The notes beneath the pieces are model-generated. The model saw nothing but the letters and a program-made list of their open reading frames with translations, did no database searches and was not told where the DNA came from. 35,338 bases of DNA, from the NCBI RefSeq assembly GCF_001194135.2, contig NC_068982.1:112595190-112630527 (forward strand), given 5' to 3'. The first letter of the stretch is position 1, and every line of letters begins with the position of its first letter. Made by a program: the position numbers and the translations under genes. The stretch comes from Octopus bimaculoides. Its lineage: Eukaryota. This document shows positions 1-12,019 of the stretch, in pieces.

Positions 1-70
<70 letters not shown>

Positions 71-100
71 TATGTATGTATGTATGTATGTATGTATGTA
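1..100. repeat. (TG)n grading into (TATG)n microsatellite
   Basis: Directly visible perfect tandem repeat. Confidence 0.98.
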
Positions 101-121
101 GATGCTTATATGTGATTGTAC

Positions 122-183
122 CTCTTTGAATACACATGTGGATCAAAACAGAAAATATTCGAGAAGACCACCCTATCATTGTA
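122..183 (-). CDS. Candidate exon 10 of minus-strand gene (YNDRVVFSNIFCFDPHVYSK)
   Basis: Minus: aaacaag|TACAAT...AAAGAG|gtacaa; 62 nt, open in phase 0, matching phase-0 exit of exon 1271-1362. Splice sites only moderate. Confidence 0.3.
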
Positions 184-645
184 CTTGTTTAAACCGATCG
201 GAGGAAGAACAACGCATGTTTATACAAGTATGCATACATATGTGTGTGTGTGCATATGCGTGTATGCATGTATGTACATCAACAAAGTCACTTTATGTAT
301 TTATATAAACATCTCACGAACACACACACACACACACAAGCGCGCGTCCGCTTATATATCTATATATGTATGGGTGTGAATCGGCGCAAGTATGCATAAA
401 ATTAAGCAGCTTCGAATTTGACTCGAAAATCAAATCAATGAAGATCACAAGTTTGTTATGTAAATTCACATTTAAATATGTTTCTCAATTTGCTCATCAA
501 TAGATAAATGTACGTATATTGACAAGTGCTTGTATGAGTATGTCAATGGTGCAACGATGAATTTCTTAGTTTGTGATGTGTGTATGAGTCTGTATATAAA
601 TGATAATTTAATAAGCATTATGCAATAATACAAAAAGTTATATCT

Positions 646-652
646 ACATACA

Positions 653-686
<34 letters not shown>

Positions 687-735
687 CATCCATCTATACA
701 TACATACATATATACATCCATCTATACATACATTC
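646..735. repeat. (TACA)n with a short tandem duplication of tatatacatccatctatacatacat
   Basis: Visible directly. Confidence 0.85.
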
Positions 736-745
736 ATATATGCAT

Positions 746-800
746 GTAGTAAGAAGCTTGCTTCCCAACCAAAAGTATCTGGGTTCCCACAAGTGGCACA
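746..800 (+). mobile_element. 5' (tRNA-head) fragment of the SINE family
   Basis: gtagtaagaagcttgcttcccaacc...gggttcccac aligns to the head of the full copy at 28206. Confidence 0.7.
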
Positions 801-857
801 GTGGTAAAATGTCTTCTACTGTCATCGTAAATGCATAATTATATATGTATGCTTACG

Positions 858-860
<3 letters not shown>

Positions 861-901
<41 letters not shown>

Positions 902-963
902 NNNNNNNNNNNNNNNNNNNNNNNNNNNNNNNNNNNNNNNNNNNNNNNNNNNNNNNNNNNNNN

Positions 964-1003
<40 letters not shown>
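861..1003. repeat. (CA)n - N gap (902-963) - (TA)n
   Basis: Visible directly. Confidence 0.95.
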
Positions 1004-1006
<3 letters not shown>

Positions 1007-1176
1007 TAGATATGTGCATACAAAATGATGATACATATATTCGTGTATGTATATATACACATGTAGGTACATGAATATGCATATATTTCTCTCACTCTCT
1101 TCCTTATACATACATACATACATACATACAAACATGCATACATACATACATACATACATATATACATACATAGATT

Positions 1177-1225
1177 TGGTAAGAAACTTGCTTCCCAACC
1201 ACAAGGTTCCGGGTTCCCACTGCGT
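1177..1225 (+). mobile_element. 5' (tRNA-head) fragment of the SINE family
   Basis: tggtaagaaacttgcttcccaaccacaaggttccgggttcccactgcgt aligns to the SINE head at 28206. Confidence 0.8.
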
Positions 1226-1270
1226 CTATGAACGTGTATAAGCACAGGTAAGCACAATGCACATGCTTAC

Positions 1271-1362
1271 TTGTACGAAAGTGATGATTCTTCTTGTCGC
1301 TACTTCACATTTATCGCTGGATACATTCCGTTCTTCAGACAACAATCGAATTGACTGCAGAA
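1271..1362 (-). CDS. Candidate exon 9 of minus-strand gene ((V)LQSIRLLSEERNVSSDKCEVATRRIITFVQ)
   Basis: Minus: tttttcaatattatactag|TTCTGCAG...GTACAA|gtaagc; 92 nt, phase 1 in / 0 out, open; fits exon 3351-3399. Confidence 0.55.
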
Positions 1363-1883
1363 CTAGTATAATATTGAAAAATTAAACTACGGATAGATTT
1401 TATGATTGGAAAGATTGTGAATAAATTCGCCGTGTATGTAAACACGTGTGAAAACAAGGTTCAATGCATATGACTATTTAATTTTATAAACGCTTGCAGC
1501 GAATGGAATTATATCAAAGTGAATACAATCAGTGCCAGTTAGTCGTAATGATTTTTTTATGACTCGCCTCGATTTCAAATAACTGAATAAGTTTAGATGT
1601 ATATGTTTTATGCGTAAACACAGATTATTTCTTGTCCTCTAATCAATGTAGATCTGTATGTCCTTGTATATGAATGGGACAGTGTATATACGTATGTTTG
1701 TTAATCATTTAACTTATATTTCATTGAGATTGCAGAGACCCTCACATATACACATATATAATATATTTATACACACACTCATATATATGTATGTATGTAT
1801 ATAAATATATAAATAAATTTAAAGATATAGATATGTGTACATACATATATGTATATAAAAATGTACATGTACCTAACATCCAT

Positions 1884-2045
<162 letters not shown>

Positions 2046-2932
2046 NNNNNNNNNNNNNNNNNNNNNNNNNNNNNNNNNNNNNNNNNNNNNNNNNNNNNNN
2101 NNNNNNNNNNNNNNNNNNNNNNNNNNNNNNNNNNNNNNNNNNNNNNNNNNNNNNNNNNNNNNNNNNNNNNNNNNNNNNNNNNNNNNNNNNNNNNNNNNNN
2201 NNNNNNNNNNNNNNNNNNNNNNNNNNNNNNNNNNNNNNNNNNNNNNNNNNNNNNNNNNNNNNNNNNNNNNNNNNNNNNNNNNNNNNNNNNNNNNNNNNNN
2301 NNNNNNNNNNNNNNNNNNNNNNNNNNNNNNNNNNNNNNNNNNNNNNNNNNNNNNNNNNNNNNNNNNNNNNNNNNNNNNNNNNNNNNNNNNNNNNNNNNNN
2401 NNNNNNNNNNNNNNNNNNNNNNNNNNNNNNNGAAATAATTTGCCTGAACATTTTTCTTTCATGAATGCAAAAACTATTTTATTGGTCTTAAAATCGATAT
2501 GCAAATGACTGTTGTGGTTTTAGAAATGATTGATTCGATTTCTTTTCATGAGATGAGAAACTTTTTCAAATATAGACCGTTCTGCTCCATCGATTATACA
2601 GAAGGAATCAAAAAAAGTCTCTTTTTTTTTTTCTAAACTGAGATTTCATATGCCTATAAATTTTTGCATAGAGGAGCATGCAGCTACATACAATCCACAT
2701 GCAAACATACAGACATGAACACGCACATAGATGATTTTAGGCACACACATCCATACACAAATACTTATATTTAAATGCATAATTATATATGCATACATAT
2801 ATATAGATATGTGCATACAAAATGATGATACATATATTCGTGTATATATATGTATGTATATACATACATGTAGGTGCATAAATATACATTTATGTCTCTC
2901 CCTCTCTTCCTTTATTCGTCTTTCGCTCACTA

Positions 2933-2977
<45 letters not shown>

Positions 2978-3350
2978 TATCAGTCTATCTACTTATATAT
3001 ATATATATATATATTTATTTATTTATATATATGCACATACACACACATCCACGCACGCACACATACACACACAAAGAAATAGATTTGTATGCATACGCAT
3101 ATACACATACATACATCTATAAATATATATATATATATACATATATACATACAAAAATATATATATATATATATANNNNNNNNNNTATATATATATATAT
3201 ATATTCTACAAATGTTAGATTTTGTGTGCTTTCCTGCTTGTTTCCAATTTGGAGGTGTGTATTTCTGTGAGTTCTTTTCCATTTTTTTTGTGTGTTTTTT
3301 TTAATTTTTTTATAAATGTATGTATGTGTGCGGATGATGGAACTGCTTAC

Positions 3351-3399
3351 CGGGTACAGCGGTTAAGTGTTCAGTATTAGATCGTTCAAAATAGAACTT
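3351..3399 (-). CDS. Candidate exon 8 of minus-strand gene (KFYFERSNTEHLTAVP)
   Basis: Minus: cattattgtgcatttacag|AAGTTC...GTACCCG|gtaagc; strong sites, 49 nt, only the phase-0 frame is open, phase 1 out. Confidence 0.6.
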
Positions 3400-3739
3400 C
3401 TGTAAATGCACAATAATGAGATGGAGAATAATACATTAAAGGAATCATAGTCCTTATACAACCACATATGTGTAATGTACGTACGTACGTACGGACGTAT
3501 GTATGTATGTATGTATGTATTATTATGTATACATGTATGTGTTTGTGTGTATATATATACACATATAAATATATATAGGTATACGCACGCACAAATATAT
3601 ATGTATAGATAAAAATAGAGATAGAGAAAGAAAGAGAGAGAAAGATAGTGAGATAGATATTGATATAGATGTACATGCGCATATATAATAATATATGCGC
3701 GCCTGTGTGTATATGATGTGTGTTTTATTAAAGCATATA

Positions 3740-3801
3740 AATGTGAGTATATATATATATAAGCATTTATGCGTATACATTCATATATATATATATATGT
3801 A

Positions 3802-3849
<48 letters not shown>

Positions 3850-3877
3850 CATACACATACATACATATATATATATA

Positions 3878-3913
<36 letters not shown>

Positions 3914-3975
3914 TACAAACAAATATATATATACATGCATACACACACGCACACACACAGATACATGCACACACA
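3740..3975. repeat. (TA)n/(CA)n compound microsatellite
   Basis: Visible directly. Confidence 0.9.
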
Positions 3976-4219
3976 CGCACTCCCCTCCCCACACGTTGAT
4001 ATCGCAGCAGCCTCGTTAAAATAATGAGTCCGTGACGCCAAGGGAAATAACTTTGAGGAAAGAGACTTTATAGTCATAGTCGTGATGTTGTCTTTGATGG
4101 TGTTGATGGTCGTTAATTAGATATGGAGTGAGATTGAGCGATATAAATTGAGTAGTGCTCATTTGTTTTCATCGTTGTTTTGTTGGTTACTTGTGTTAGC
4201 GGTATCCATTATAATTTCC

Positions 4220-4259
<40 letters not shown>

Positions 4260-4519
4260 TTTTTGCTATTTTTAATCTATTGCATAAAAATTGCAATATA
4301 CATTTCAAAGTGTCTTGTACAGCAATGACTTCAAATTCCCAAATTATTGTAGTTTTACTGAATCGCAACTACACATCTATTAAGCTGAAGTTCCAACTTT
4401 TTTATTTTTATTTACTCCACATTGAATCAGACGGCTGGGATAACACTTTGAACACACCCTACTAATTACTGCTTGTCCTAACTGTCTACTTTGCAAAATG
4501 CAGTTGTGAGGCGAAAGCA

Positions 4520-4665
4520 ATTCAGAAGGTCACCATGCAATAAAATGTTGTTAAACTAGGCAAAAACGCTACAGAGACATATGAAATGGTGCACACTGCT
4601 TATGAATTAACTTTCGAGTATCGGACGTCTGTTTCTGGATGACACAAGCGGTTCAAGGACGGCCT
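4520..4665 (+). mobile_element. Mariner transposase N-terminal HTH remnant (pseudogenised)
   Basis: Translates AIK.C/fs/VKLGKNATETYEMVHTAY...RTSVSG*HKRFKDG, matching the mariner N-terminus AIKFCVKLGKxATETYEM...RWHKRFKEG. Confidence 0.8.
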
Positions 4666-4732
4666 GGCTAAAAAAAGTGATGCGAGCAATCTCAACCCTT
4701 AAAAACTTTCACTTGTTATAGAAACAACGAGC

Positions 4733-6935
4733 ATGAATCAGAATATTTCTGATGACCATAGAAGTGAAAATAAGCCATCTCAGGATAGCATAACGGATGC
4801 TTGTCAAAGCCGGAAGGAAATCCGGATGTTGAAGAACCAGATCTTCTACACCAAAACTCTCATTACAATTGCAACATGGAATGTATAGGCATTATACCAA
4901 AGTGGAAAGATAAGTCAAGTGATTCGAGAAGTGCAGAATTACCATTTGGACATTATTGGCATTCGCAGGGATGCGTTTGGAAGGTTAATTAGTCGTATTA
5001 TATTAAATGAAATTAAGATACTGTATTCAGGTATGAAGGATCAGAATATGTATGGAGTTGGCATTATTTTGAACTGGTTGGCTGCAAGCCGATAAACGAG
5101 CAGATTATAACACGGCACTTTCAAATCAGACACTGGATATTTGCTCTAGTTCAGGAGTGTGTACCAACTGAAATTAAAGATGCCGGAGACAATAAGCAAG
5201 ATAACTTCTATGACCACCTCCAGAGGTTGCTTAATGAAATATTGAATTATGACCTCAAAATAATAGGACATCCCCAGACTACATCTGCATTACCAAACGC
5301 TGGTGATCATCGATGTTGAACGCTCGTAGTTACAGAGGTACAGAGATTGGATCGGACCACAACCTTGTCGGAAAACAACAAAAGTGATCATTGAAAACAA
5401 GCCGTTTGAGATGGTATAACTCAAAGACTTCTAAACACAGCAACGCCATCAGGTCGAAGTGAACAACAGATTTGAAGCACTGTGTCATACTAACGATATT
5501 GATGAGCAGCGGAAGCTGTTTCAAAAGGTTGTAACAGATAGTGCAAAGTCACCTTAGGCAGAACTGATCGAGAAGTGGAGAAAATGTGCAGAAGAGATAA
5601 ACAGCAGTGTCTAGAAAACAAAGGTATGGTAGCTCTAGAAACTGCAAACAGAAATGACTCGTAACGTCTATATAAATTGTGCGCGAGATAACAAGTGTAA
5701 GGAGTAATTCCAGTGTGATGATCAAGGCTAAGGATGATACAATGCTTACAACGGAAGAGAAACACGTAATGCGCAAGAAAAAGTACTTTCGTGAAGCTTC
5801 CAGTCAGCCAATTCCAGCAACTACCTGTGAAGTAGGCAACGAAACAATGATGAATGAACTAAAGATCAGCATGGTTTATATAACAGCAGAGTGGACAAGG
5901 CAAATTCAATTTGAATAACAATAAAGCAGCTGAGATATCAACCGCACATTTAAAGCATGGCCAGGAAGCAGTTGTACAATATCTGACACATTTGTTCAAC
6001 CTTGACTGGAGGCTTGGAATAGTGAACCCATTAGTTTCAAAAATGTTATCTGGTGGACTGTAACATCTAGTGTGGAATTACACTTTTATCCCTGCTTGGT
6101 AAAGTTCTTTGTATTGCCCTCTTGAATACATTAAAGAAGGAGCTTGATGTTGTGTTGAGTGAGGAGCAGGCAGGTTTTGGAGTGACTGGTCCTGCATGGA
6201 ACAGATCTCTGTGTTGCGGAACATAATAAAGCAAATCAGACAACATAGAGTATAGCTCCGTATTAACTTTTTCGAGTTTAAGAAAGTATTTGATGGTGTT
6301 CACCGAGATACACTATGAAATATCTTGAGAATTTATGGGGTCCCGAGCAGATATATCGATGCCTTTAAGTTTCTCGTTAGAAATGCCCTGTGTTGCATGA
6401 AAACATAGTGGAATCAGCGATAATCTTGAATTTGCTACCGAAGTGAGACAGTGTTGCATCGCGTCGCCTTTTTGTTCTTGATAGTGATTGACTTGATCAT
6501 GCAGAAAGTAATGGACTGCACTAATTTTGGCATAACGTGGGGACTGGACAGACTAATTTGGATTTTGATGACGACTCAGCATTACTAATTTACACTAGAG
6601 ATACGCTACAGGCCGTGACAGATAGCCTGTTTAGCTTGGGGCAAAAGCAGGGCTTTGGATTAGTGCTGAAAAGACCAAAGCCATGTCAATTGGTGGCGTC
6701 CAAGCACAAATAATCAATCTCGGACAAGATGAAATCGAATATGTCGATAAATTTCCTGTGTGGTGTTGAGGGATGGTGATTTGTTGATATTGACCATGCC
6801 TCGATAGTCGTGATCACTCGTAGTGTGAGAAAGCTAAATTCAGAAAACATTTGTAACACATCATTATTAGTGAGCATAAGAACATTGAGCCGGAATAATT
6901 TCTTCTTGAGAGCAAGCTACACTTAGCAGCCTAAG
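4733..6935 (+). mobile_element. Degenerate RTE-clade LINE (APE endonuclease + RT), internally deleted, 3' end missing
   Basis: ATG at 4733 in frame to IATWNV*ALYQSGK...LDIIGI; ILYSG..GVGIIL; IGSDHNLV (5346-5369); GITLLSL.GKV; EEQAGF (6161); RQCCI.SP; LDFDDD (6558, FADD-like); GLWISAEKTK. Many stops and frameshifts. Confidence 0.88.
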
Positions 6936-8429
6936 ATCACAAGGATACTTCTATGAATTTGTGCCATTTTCATTGATCTAAAAATCTACAGCTGTTTGGT
7001 ACAATGCGTGGCATGCATGTTCGTACAGACATGTAAATTAAATTATTATAAACTGAAATTAGTATTGCATGATGAAGGCTGCGAAACAGCTGTAATATTA
7101 AGGATAACAAGTGGGGAAGTAAACATAATCACTTCTCATATCTCTTGACATTTTATGGTTTGTATAGTCCTCATGAAATAATTCAATCGAATTCACTTGA
7201 ATAGAAATCAGCATTATAATCCTCCATATTGGAATACCAAGTGGTATGATAGACGAATTCACTAGAGTAACTTTCTGTGATAGCCGCAAGATTCCATGAA
7301 TCCATATATTGCACAACAAAGTTTGTCATATATATGTATAGCTTCACGTATATATACATATACGAATACATGCATAAATGTTTTTGGTATAATTCACGCG
7401 ATATATTTCATGTGATGTTGACTTTGATAGATTTCTATATTGAATTATAACGCTGTCAACAAGAGATTTTTCATTCCAATTCTATATTATATACAGTAAA
7501 ATGGATGCAATCATTCCTTGTCAGTAGACAAGAAATTGTCACATTTGTATATTGGATGTAACAGTTTGAATCGTGAAGTTTACAACTTTTCTTTTTACAT
7601 TGAAATTTATATATTTCGTTGCTTATTTGAAGTATGTGTTGTAGTTGACTAGATTGCGATGTGATAGTAAGTTTTGTATTTCATTCTATTTTTTCATTCA
7701 TTGTATATATTTTAACTCCAAAGGAGGCGACAATTGAAACACCTTTGCCTGTTGTATGAAGACAATAACGTGCTTAAGAATGAAATTTAATCAGGTTTCG
7801 TCACTGCACTAGATATTCAAACATTTTATATTTCTCGATATATGGCAATGTGTGAAAGTGAAAGCTGATTTAGCTGCGAACTTTATTTTCTTTTAAATAT
7901 ATATTGTGACGAGCTTTCAAATGAAAAGAGCAGACGATATATACGTGATCACTTTTCTCGAGGAGACGATGGCAGTCCAAGAGGAGAATAACTCCAAGGA
8001 CATACGCCAATGTCATGTTAATACAAAACAAGAAACAGAAAGAAAAAGAAAAAAATAGTAAATGAAGAAATGATTCAATGGAGCTGAAATAATTAACCAA
8101 ACTTCGAACATAGACTTTGTTAATCTGTAACCGATGCTAAATTTGATAACTTCTGGCAAAACAATGAGGTTTAACAGAAGGTGGTAAATTCTGTCGTTTT
8201 AGATCACCCACCACCACTACTACATCTGTTACAACCTACAACGGACCACATTTCACATCTCGCCTATTTCATCTTCACAAGAGCCATAATGCAGAAGCAC
8301 CTACATGGTTACTCAACGTGCTAAAGATCTCTATTTTGGAGGAAATGATAATTTTTTTCCTCCTACAGCAACTAGTCAGTTTATAATTCCGTTTTTGATT
8401 AGTTTTTTTTAAAACAAGTTATGTTAATG

Positions 8430-9720
8430 CTGCCGCCTGTGGAGCTGCTGTTAGAAATTAGGGACTTTGCTAATGCTAGGAGCCTTTTAGTTACTTGTAG
8501 GTTTTAATCTGTTGCTGAATCTCTTGCTAGTTACATCAAGCTGTGCTTGAGCTGTAATAGTTCTCTCTTCTGTTCCTATAAGGAATTTTCGTGCATTAAA
8601 TAACTGCTTCATATTCCTTCCCAGTGTGCTTGACATACAGTTTATGTTGATATATCATCCTGCATTATGTTTCTTTTTTCTTAACGCTCATGTACGATCT
8701 TTTGGTTATTATGTAAATATTTAGTTCTAGAAGCAACTCCTGCATAATTTTGTAGATGTCATCTGTTTAAGCTTCCCTTTTGCTTTTAAGTTAGTTGTTT
8801 ACATTTTTCTTGCTCATGATAGATACCATGTTTTCCATTTCTATTAATAAGGATAAACATTTTCTGTTTTTTCTTTATTGAAGAATATTTTTAATAAATT
8901 TTGTCTATGAATGGGTAGTTTATATCAAGACCAATTTCTCTCGATACCACGCTTGTTACGAAATTGATTACATCTTTAAATATGTTGATATCTGAGTAGT
9001 TTACTTTCTTGTCAAAAACTTACATTTCTCCATGTTCATCAAGTTTTTCGAATTCTATCATATTTTGTTTATTTTTTCTGCTAGGTAGTTCTCTTTGCTA
9101 ATTCTCATTGATCTGCTGTGATAAGTAGTTTTTAAATTGTGCTTGTTATTACGTATAGCGACAAGGGCGGTAGATTTGGTTAGTGTAACCATGATAACTT
9201 CTATATTCTTCATAATCATTTTGGATTCTAATTGCTTTGTTCTTTTGTTTGTTATTGATTTGTTATAACGTTTTGTTTTTCTCTGGTGTGCCCAGTACTA
9301 TTTTCACCGTGTTTTGAGGCCACATTTTCGTGCAGTTGTCTCTTATGATGCTCTATTTCTTTTGTCCTTATATGTGATTTGTATGTGGCGGGTGGGGGTG
9401 GGAGTTCTTTTATGTTTTTCGTGATCCGTCATATTTTTGTTATCAGTTGACAGTTTTGTTTCATAATATATATATGACTTTTCTGTTTTCAGTTTTCTTG
9501 CTTGTTGTTATTGCTTATACTAAGTCTACGTGCACTCACAAATATATTTGCATTGATATTTTTCTTAGCTTTGTTTTCTCCAAACATTTCTTTTATATTG
9601 TGTAAATATGCTGGACATATTGGAGATACGTAATAGGAGTGTATCACTTCAAAGCACTGCTCAAAGTTCTAAGTCCTTTTTTTAAATGTTGTTTATTTGA
9701 TATGCTTGCAGTACTTTTGT
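8430..9720 (-). mobile_element. Old Dong/R4-clade non-LTR remnant, N-terminal half
   Basis: Minus translation gives HWEGI* (8609-8626) and SN*KAPSISKVPNF* (8451-8495), homologous to FWKEIW and SNWKVPGHDKIPNF* of the element at 26043-29856; same A-rich sense-strand skew. Boundaries approximate. Confidence 0.65.
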
Positions 9721-9785
9721 TTAGAGAGAACCGGTCCTGAGCTACGTGTTACGTTACTTATGTATCTTGATTGCTACAAACTTAC

Positions 9786-9835
9786 GTAACGAAAATCATT
9801 ATTCACCCTGTCTTGCTGGACATGCCTATGTTTGC
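9786..9835 (-). CDS. Candidate exon 7 of minus-strand gene ((G)KHRHVQQDRVNNDFRY)
   Basis: Minus: atattttataaatcag|GCAAAC...CGTTAC|gtaagt; 50 nt, only phase 1 in / 0 out is open; fits exon 3351-3399. Confidence 0.45.
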
Positions 9836-10129
9836 CTGATTTATAAAATATTCTCATGATTTGGAGCAAATTTTATGGCTTTTAAAGAAAGTTTATCTGC
9901 ATCATCGTCATCACCATTTGTACTATCACTTTCATATTAGAGTTCTTTTAAACGTAGAAATATTTAAGAAAAATCACAGAATAGATCAATGCAAGTTACT
10001 TAAAGAAATTAAATTGATGAATCAATGTAATGCATTAAAAGATCTTATACTAACTAAACAAATAACCTAGCACGAATGTATTATAATTGAAAAACGATTA
10101 CCTGAAATACGAAAGGATACATGAATCTG

Positions 10130-11020
10130 TATTTTCTAATGAATCTGGTAAGACAGCATGATAAATTTTGAGATTTATTATTGTGTATAACTGAAATCCA
10201 AGAGCCTGTTCTAACTAAATGATATTAGGTTTGAAGAGAAGAGTAGAAAAGGAAATACATTCAAGAAAATTGAAAATCCTTGCGTATGTAAGAACACCAG
10301 GCTACTAGAGAATGAGGCTTACGGATATATGTAAAACGTTCTGAAAATACATAATTTCAGGAACTTCTCACGTAGCTTTAAAAGTTCATTAAAAGATGTG
10401 TAAACGGTAGCTTAAAGGCATCTTTATACCACTAGTTTATTCCCGAAGGAAAAAGTGTTGGTTTTATAATAGCACTTTAAAAACATGTCTCTAGAGTTAA
10501 GACTTTTAGATATGAAACTAAAGAAAATTGAAATGACAAAGGCAAGCAAGAAGTATGTTTAATAGAGAAAGGATTTTACAAATTTAGTTAATATTGGAGC
10601 TACATAGAAATTGCTTTTCTCACTATCCGGAAGAGAAGGACGGTTATTCTGCAGAACATTGTCAAGCACAGTTATTGTCGTCTATATTTGAAATAATGTA
10701 TTATAAATGTCTTGGAAGCGAAACAAATATTTACTTATCTCCGCTACATTTAGGATTTTTAAAAATACTTTGTTATTATTTAGAGTAAGATAGGCGTTGC
10801 TTATAATACTTTCAGGTCCTCTGAGACTGGTGATATTAATGCTCCGCTTGAATAAGTATGAGAAAAATACAGGAGGAGAGTAAAATAAGTGTCTGCTATA
10901 AATACTAGCAATAGAGTAAGCCGCGCCGAAACAACTCAGATACTAGGTGTTTGTATTGTTAAAATGAGCAGCGTATTGAGTCTACTTACAATATTAAGAT
11001 ATATGGCTAATCAAAGGCTT
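10130..11020 (+). mobile_element. Highly decayed Dong/R4-clade 3' region (post-RT / RLE endonuclease)
   Basis: LFPKE../GFIIAL*KHVSRVKTFR resembles LFPETEGFxIAIQDQVIxTxNY; DINAPLE resembles the RLE DxxxP motif; ends ILGVCIVKMSSVLSLLTILR like the R4 C-terminus. Confidence 0.45.
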
Positions 11021-11134
11021 AGTAAATATCGAAAAGTGTTTTATTCTTCACACACCGTATATAATTCCAGTTCTCTTTATTTATGCATAGTTCTTTAAAT
11101 CACTTAAAGTATTTAATGATTTTCTTAATCTTAC

Positions 11135-11178
11135 CAACATTCGAAATAAGCAACCTCATTTCAACAATTCCTGCTCGA
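11135..11178 (-). CDS. Tentative exon 6 of minus-strand gene (RAGIVEMRLLISNV)
   Basis: Strong donor GTTG|gtaaga but weak acceptor cttctgaag|; 44 nt, phase 2 in / 1 out, bridging exons 15725-15773 and 9786-9835. Confidence 0.25.
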
Positions 11179-11689
11179 CTTCAGAAGTTTGTTTCATTAT
11201 TCCTATTGCTTTCTCACTAGCACCGCTTGTAGTTAGATTGAAGTAGTGTTTCAGAAAGATGGAAACTAAAACCGCTTCTTGTTTACACCAAACAGGATAT
11301 TACATTGTTTCTTCTTCTTATATTTCATAAAGATTTTATGAAGATTTCCACGAAGAAAATAAGATTAATTTAATAGAAAGTCAACTCATTTTACTGGGAA
11401 AGAAAAGGAGAACGAGATAGCATACAAATACTGTAATGTAGCGATCAATCGAAGATATGAAAGGCATATGGAATATAGAAGACAACGCAATATTGTCGAG
11501 TTTATCACAGGTCGGAAGTAAGGCAAACACACATTTATGTATACACACACATATTGAAAACCCGTATGTATATATAATACAGACATATATTTATATAAAA
11601 CACATATATACATGTAATATAATATATGTATATAAACACGCACACATATAAATATATACACACACATATATACATATATTTATACATAC

Positions 11690-11690
11690 A

Positions 11691-11759
<69 letters not shown>

Positions 11760-11779
11760 TCATATATATTCATACATAC

Positions 11780-11810
<31 letters not shown>

Positions 11811-11835
11811 CATATAAATATATATATATATATAT
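11690..11835. repeat. (TA)n-(CA)n compound microsatellite
   Basis: Visible directly. Confidence 0.95.
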
Positions 11836-12019
11836 CATGTGCAATAACAATGGCTATTTATGCGTGTACCGGAAGATGTGGAGGAGCGTCTGTATGCTCA
11901 TGCTAATTTGTTTTTAAAACGTGTGTCTCTGACGTTCCCAAAGCTCTTTTGATCATTCTCAATTGTTCGGTTACATGGTTATCTTCCATTTAGTGAGGTA
12001 GCCATCTCAAGTCACTTCA

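Noticed and set aside
4121-4201. Signal-peptide-like IWSEIERYKLSSAHLFSSLFCWLLVLA on +
   Set aside because: No in-frame ATG, weak donor (gtatcc), and no linkable downstream exon.
7183-7285. Minus ORF ending ESYSSEFVYHTTWYSNMEDYNADFYSSEFD* with repeated YSSEF
   Set aside because: Phase 1 entry does not fit the exon chain; the repeat is only a ~12-nt gaattcact duplication.
7870-8100. Pyrimidine tract plus ORF MTLAYVLGVILLLDC on minus
   Set aside because: First AG is far from the tract, there is no good donor, and the three frames give no preferred solution.
11376-11516. Plus open stretch KSTHFTGKEKENEIAYKYCNVAINRRYERHMEYRRQRNIVEFITGR with gtaagg donor
   Set aside because: Weak acceptor and phase-incompatible with the 14222 exon; ORFs of this length are expected by chance.
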